Positions 63,955 to 64,000 of a DNA stretch of 64,000 bases are shown piece by piece. A program made the translations under genes and the position numbers. Position 1 is the stretch's first letter; every line of letters begins with the position of its first letter. Source of the stretch: Setoptus koraiensis (lineage: Eukaryota; Animalia; Arthropoda). The notes under the pieces were generated by a model that searched no databases, had not been told where the DNA came from, and saw nothing but the letters and a program-made list of their open reading frames with translations. The DNA lies in NCBI GenBank assembly GCA_048013815.1, contig CM106585.1, positions 12,338,001 through 12,402,000 on the forward strand, given 5' to 3'.

Positions 63955-64000
63955 GCCATCCAACTGCTAGATCAACATGCTACAGTGGTGTGAGGCATTA

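Overview
Eukaryotic (arthropod) genomic DNA from a compact genome with short GT-AG introns (mostly 83-150 nt) and many microsatellites. Intronless housekeeping genes, tiny intergenic gaps and (CA)n/(CAA/CAG)n-rich noncoding blocks suggest a mite, possibly an eriophyoid (inference, not proven). Recognisable genes: GW182/TNRC6 (6 coding exons), a Domeless-like FN3 receptor, an ER-bound oxygenase mpaB/DUF2236 protein, Asteroid/ASTE1 (XPG family), a calmodulin-like protein, an SLC17 anion transporter, Spt20, PRMT1 and SDHC. Orphan genes: a secreted 420-aa protein, a ~2170-aa Q/N-rich coiled-coil protein, a small spliced coiled-coil gene and a single-pass membrane protein with weak MRAP-like features. 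No CRISPR array, rRNA, tRNA or intact transposon was supported. The strongest unexpected signal is inside GW182: the Ago-hook / UBA / M-domain block occurs twice in tandem in one reading frame, and the upstream copy is diverged, internally deleted and intron-free. All calls are by eye plus the supplied ORF track; no database searches were run.
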